DNA of 64,000 bases from an uncultured Verrucomicrobiota bacterium (GTDB lineage: Bacteria; Verrucomicrobiota; Verrucomicrobiia; Limisphaerales; UBA9464): assembly GCA_964525755.1 (NCBI GenBank), contig CAZGIK010000021.1:10088-74087 (forward strand), read 5' to 3'. The notes below the pieces were generated by a model, which saw only the letters and a program-made list of their open reading frames with translations, was not told where the DNA came from and did not search any database. How positions within the stretch are numbered: the stretch's first letter is position 1; each line of letters starts with the position of its first letter. Positions 61,084 to 64,000 of this stretch are shown in pieces. The position numbers and the translations under genes were made by a program.

Positions 61084-62388
61084 ATGATCCTGGACCAGCT
61101 CATCCGCAGCCTGCCCGAGGTGGAATCGACCGGTCCGGCGTGGCGCGGTGCGGGTCGACGGGAGGTGACCGGGGTCACGTCGGACGGCCATCGGGCCGGG
61201 CCGGGGGTGGTGTTCGTGGCCCTGCCGGAGCAGCTCCGCGCCGATCCGCACCTGGTGGAGGCGGCCGTGGCGCGCCGGCCCGCGGCGGTGATCGCCCCGG
61301 TGGGGGTTCCGGTGCCGTCCCGGGCCGCGTCGGTGGCGGTGCGCGATTCCGCGCGGGCCCTGGCGGTCGCCGCGGCGACGCTCCACGGCTATCCCGGACG
61401 CGATCTCCGCGTGATCGAGGTGGACGGTGCCTCCCGGGGGCGCGGGGCGGCGGCCGACTACCTCTTCCAGTTCCTCGGCCACCTCATGCCGCCGGCGGGC
61501 CTGCTGGCCGCCGACCGTTGCCTGCTGGCCGGCAGGGTCCTTGCCCAGCCGGCGGCCGGGCTGGACCCCTTCGAACTCCAGCGCTCCCTCGCCGCCCACC
61601 GCGGTGCGGGAGGAACCCATGTGGTCCTCGAGAGCCCGGGCGCCGCCGTCCCGTCCCTCGGGATCGAGGTGCTCCCGCGGGGCCTGCGGGTGGATGCCGA
61701 TGCCGACGCAATGCCGCATCGGGTTGTCCAGTCGACCCGTCGCGGAACCGTGCTGGCGCTGGCCGGGGCGTCGGGCGAGGTCCGGGTGGCGGCCCCGGTG
61801 GTGGGCCGACGCCAGGTGGAGGCGCTCCTCGCCGCCTTGGCGGCGGGATGCCGGCTGGGCATTCCGCCCGAACGGCTCCGGGCCCTCATCCCCCGGCTCC
61901 AATCGCCGCCGGGTTGCCTGGAACCCGTTGCGGCCGGACAACCCTTCGAGGTGCGGGTCGACGCCACGCCGGATCCGGAGGCCCTCGCCGAGGTGCTTGC
62001 GGAATTGCGTCCGCTCACGCCCGGCCGACGGATCCTCGTCCTCGGGGCGCGGGCCGACTGGTCCGGGGAGGTCTGGGCGGCCTGGGCCGGGGCCGCCCGG
62101 GGCGCCGACCTGCTGGTGGCCACGGTGGACGATCCCGGGCATGCCGACGCCCCCGACCTCGCCGCGCGCCTCGCCGGGGGACATCCGACGGCCCGTCCGG
62201 AGGCCGACCGCGGGGCGGCGATCCGTCGGGCGGTGGGCCTGGCGCGTCCCGGCGACATCGTGCTGGTGGCCGGCAAGGGGCGGGCGTCCCGATTGGACCT
62301 GGGACACATCGTGCTGCCCTGGGACGACCGCCGGGCCGTCCGCCATGCCCTGGCCGGGGCCGGGTATCCCGGGGAGGATTGGACCTGA
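61084..62388 (+). CDS. MurE-position Mur-ligase-like protein lacking the ATP-binding P-loop (possibly non-catalytic)
   Basis: In-frame tail of track ORF 60655..62388(+), from ATG 61084 (MILDQLIRSLPE). It is collinear with MurE at both ends (GVVFVAL...; DIVLVAGKGRASRLDLGHIVLPWDDRRAV). It reads VIEVDGASRGRGAAADY where GxxGKT is expected. The confidence value refers to it being a real CDS. Confidence 0.8.
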   Translation: MILDQLIRSLPEVESTGPAWRGAGRREVTGVTSDGHRAGPGVVFVALPEQLRADPHLVEAAVARRPAAVIAPVGVPVPSRAASVAVRDSARALAVAAATLHGYPGRDLRVIEVDGASRGRGAAADYLFQFLGHLMPPAGLLAADRCLLAGRVLAQPAAGLDPFELQRSLAAHRGAGGTHVVLESPGAAVPSLGIEVLPRGLRVDADADAMPHRVVQSTRRGTVLALAGASGEVRVAAPVVGRRQVEALLAALAAGCRLGIPPERLRALIPRLQSPPGCLEPVAAGQPFEVRVDATPDPEALAEVLAELRPLTPGRRILVLGARADWSGEVWAAWAGAARGADLLVATVDDPGHADAPDLAARLAGGHPTARPEADRGAAIRRAVGLARPGDIVLVAGKGRASRLDLGHIVLPWDDRRAVRHALAGAGYPGEDWT

Positions 62389-63785
62389 TGGAACCGCGCA
62401 ACCTGCAATGGGTGGCGGGGATGGCGGGGGGACGTCGGGTGCGGGGCGCGGAGGGCGACCGGGTGTGCCGCGTGGTGACCGACTCCCGGCAGGCCGCGGC
62501 CGGCGACCTTTTCGTGGCGCTGGCGGGTGTCCGTTCCGACGGTCATGACCACCTGGCCGATGCGGTCGCCGCGGGGGTGGCGGCGGTGATGGTGTCCCGT
62601 CCGGTCGGGATCGTGCTCCCGGCCGCGGTGGGGGTGGTGGAGGTGGCGGACACGCGGATCGCCCTCGGCCGGATGGCGGCCGCGTACCGGGGCGAGTTCC
62701 ATCCGGTGGTGGTCGCGGTGGGCGGCTCGAACGGCAAGACCACCTCGAAGGACCTGCTGGCCGCCCTGCTCGGGACCGCCGGCCCCACCCTCCGCAGCCC
62801 GGCCAGCTTCAACAACGACCTCGGGGTTCCGCTCACCCTGCTCGGCCTCGAGGACCGCCACCGGTTCGCCGTGCTGGAGGTCGGGACCAACCATCCCGGT
62901 GAACTCGATCCGCTGCTCCGCTGGATCCGTCCGGACCACGGCTGGATCACCAGCATTGGACGGGAACACCTGGAGCACTTCGGCGACCTTGACGGGGTGG
63001 TGGCCGAGGAGGGGGTGCTGGGCGGGCACGTGCCCGGGAAGGGGATGCTGTTGCTCCCGGGCGATTCCCCCCACGCGGCGGCACTGGCGGCGCGAACCTC
63101 CGCCCGGGTGGTCCGGGTCGGGATCGGGGAGGGACTGGACTGGTCCGCCGAAGTGCTCGGCGGGGACTGGTCGGGGATGGACTTTCGGCTGGCGGGCCCG
63201 GTGTCCGGGTGGGCCGGACGCTGGCGGGTGCCGCTGCCCGGGGTGCACTCGGTCCGGAACGCCGTCGGCGCGCTGGCGCTGGCCGCCGGGCTCGGCGTGG
63301 ACCCGGCGGCCGCCCGCGAGGCCCTGGCGGCGTTCCGTCCCCCGGCGGGCCGGATGAACCGCCGGATGGCCGGCGGGGTGCAATTCCTGGACGACACCTA
63401 CAACGCAAACGCCGACTCCGTCCGGGCGGCGATCGAGACTTTCTCCGGCCTCCCGTGCGCGGGCCGCCGAGTGGCGGTGCTGGGTGACATGGCGGAACTG
63501 GGCCGCCACACCGAGACCGCGCACGGTGAGGTCGGAACCCTGGCGGCGGGCCGGGTGGACGCGCTGTTCGCCGTGGGACGCCATTCCCCGCTGGTGCGCG
63601 ACGCGGCGCAGCGGGCCGGGCTGGGCGAGTCCCGGGCGTTCGCCGACACGGCGGCGGTGGTGGACGCCCTCGCCGGGTACCTGCGACCGGGTGACACCGT
63701 GCTGGTCAAGGCCTCGCGGTCGAGCCGTCTCGAGGAGGTGGTGACGGCCCTCGAACACCGGCTCGGAACGGGAGGGGAGGGCTGA
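62388..63785 (+). CDS. murF: UDP-N-acetylmuramoyl-tripeptide--D-alanyl-D-alanine ligase
   Basis: In-frame tail of track ORF 61140..63785(+), from MEPRNLQWVAGMAGG. It has VVTDSRQAAAGDLFVALAGVRSDGH, an intact P-loop VGGSNGKTTSK, EVGTNHPGE and DDTYNANADS. TGATG overlap with the preceding gene. Confidence 0.92.
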   Translation: MEPRNLQWVAGMAGGRRVRGAEGDRVCRVVTDSRQAAAGDLFVALAGVRSDGHDHLADAVAAGVAAVMVSRPVGIVLPAAVGVVEVADTRIALGRMAAAYRGEFHPVVVAVGGSNGKTTSKDLLAALLGTAGPTLRSPASFNNDLGVPLTLLGLEDRHRFAVLEVGTNHPGELDPLLRWIRPDHGWITSIGREHLEHFGDLDGVVAEEGVLGGHVPGKGMLLLPGDSPHAAALAARTSARVVRVGIGEGLDWSAEVLGGDWSGMDFRLAGPVSGWAGRWRVPLPGVHSVRNAVGALALAAGLGVDPAAAREALAAFRPPAGRMNRRMAGGVQFLDDTYNANADSVRAAIETFSGLPCAGRRVAVLGDMAELGRHTETAHGEVGTLAAGRVDALFAVGRHSPLVRDAAQRAGLGESRAFADTAAVVDALAGYLRPGDTVLVKASRSSRLEEVVTALEHRLGTGGEG

Positions 63786-63787
63786 CG

Positions 63788-64000
63788 ATGCTGTACCATC
63801 TGTCCGAACGCTTTCCGTTCCCCCCGTGGTCGCTCTTCCAGTACACGACCTTCCGGAGCGCCGGGGCCCTGGTGACCGCCCTCCTGCTTTCGTGGTGGCT
63901 GGGCCCCCGGGTGATCCGCTGGCTCCGCGAGCTGCGGTACCGTCAGGAGTACACCCCGAAGGATGCCGCGGCCGGGGTGCCCGACGTGGCGTCGGACCTG
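63788..64000 (+). CDS. mraY: Phospho-N-acetylmuramoyl-pentapeptide transferase (N-terminal 71 codons; continues beyond the window)
   Basis: My own translation: MLYHLSERFPFPPWSLFQYTTFRSAGALVTALLLSWWLGPRVIRWLRELRYRQ. This is the typical MraY N-terminus and the expected position after murF. Confidence 0.88.
   Translation, partial: MLYHLSERFPFPPWSLFQYTTFRSAGALVTALLLSWWLGPRVIRWLRELRYRQEYTPKDAAAGVPDVASDL

Noticed and set aside
61084-62388. Whether the missing MurE P-loop is hidden in another reading frame (frameshift or pseudogene).
   Set aside because: The translations of the other two forward frames over this interval (track ORFs 61140..63785 N-terminal part and 61427..62548) contain no GKT/GKS or other Mur-ligase motifs. 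The MurE-like frame is open and collinear from start to stop. I therefore call it an intact but degenerate gene, not a pseudogene.

Overview
Very GC-rich chromosomal segment (about two-thirds to 70% GC by eye, not computed). I call about 61 protein-coding genes. I found no rRNA, tRNA, CRISPR array, transposase or integrase. The high GC produces many long spurious ORFs that are antisense or out of frame, so I trimmed most track ORFs to the internal start where recognisable protein sequence begins. Several genes point to the PVC superphylum, most likely Verrucomicrobiota: an H-X9-DG prepilin-like protein, a Minf_1886-like protein, CRTAC1/ASPIC, Tat-signal Gfo/Idh/MocA and FAD oxidoreductases, and hopanoid radical SAM genes.

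Most of the window is housekeeping:
- leuS, miaB, the rpsP-KH-trmD-rplS operon, nadA, dapA, pssA, trmB, queA.
- The start of the dcw cluster: mraZ, an extra ORF, rsmH, ftsL-like, ftsI, a murE-position gene, murF, mraY.
- A TolC/HlyD/ABC/FtsX efflux set plus an MFS transporter.
- An AmmeMemoRadiSam locus and the hpnH-hpnJ pair.
- An SNF2 helicase, comEC and a vapBC module.

Observations most worth follow-up:
1. The gene in the murE slot of the dcw cluster has no ATP-binding P-loop and its Mur-ligase motifs are eroded. Neighbouring murF and ftsI are intact.
2. A tightly coupled three-gene operon encodes a 753-aa secreted protein with a legumain/clan-CD-like His-Gly / Ala-Cys motif pair, a CRTAC1/ASPIC protein, and a cytoplasmic two-ExxH ferritin-like protein.
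3. The AmmeMemoRadiSam locus has its B and A components fused, with a LigB-type domain in the B position.
4. An Arg-rich 117-aa ORF is inserted between mraZ and rsmH.
5. A nested four-arm inverted repeat lies in the nupC/thioesterase divergent intergenic region.
6. The ComEC metallo-beta-lactamase domain and the GmhB-like phosphatase have degenerate catalytic motifs.

All family assignments come from reading the translations and from motifs recalled from memory. No database search was run.
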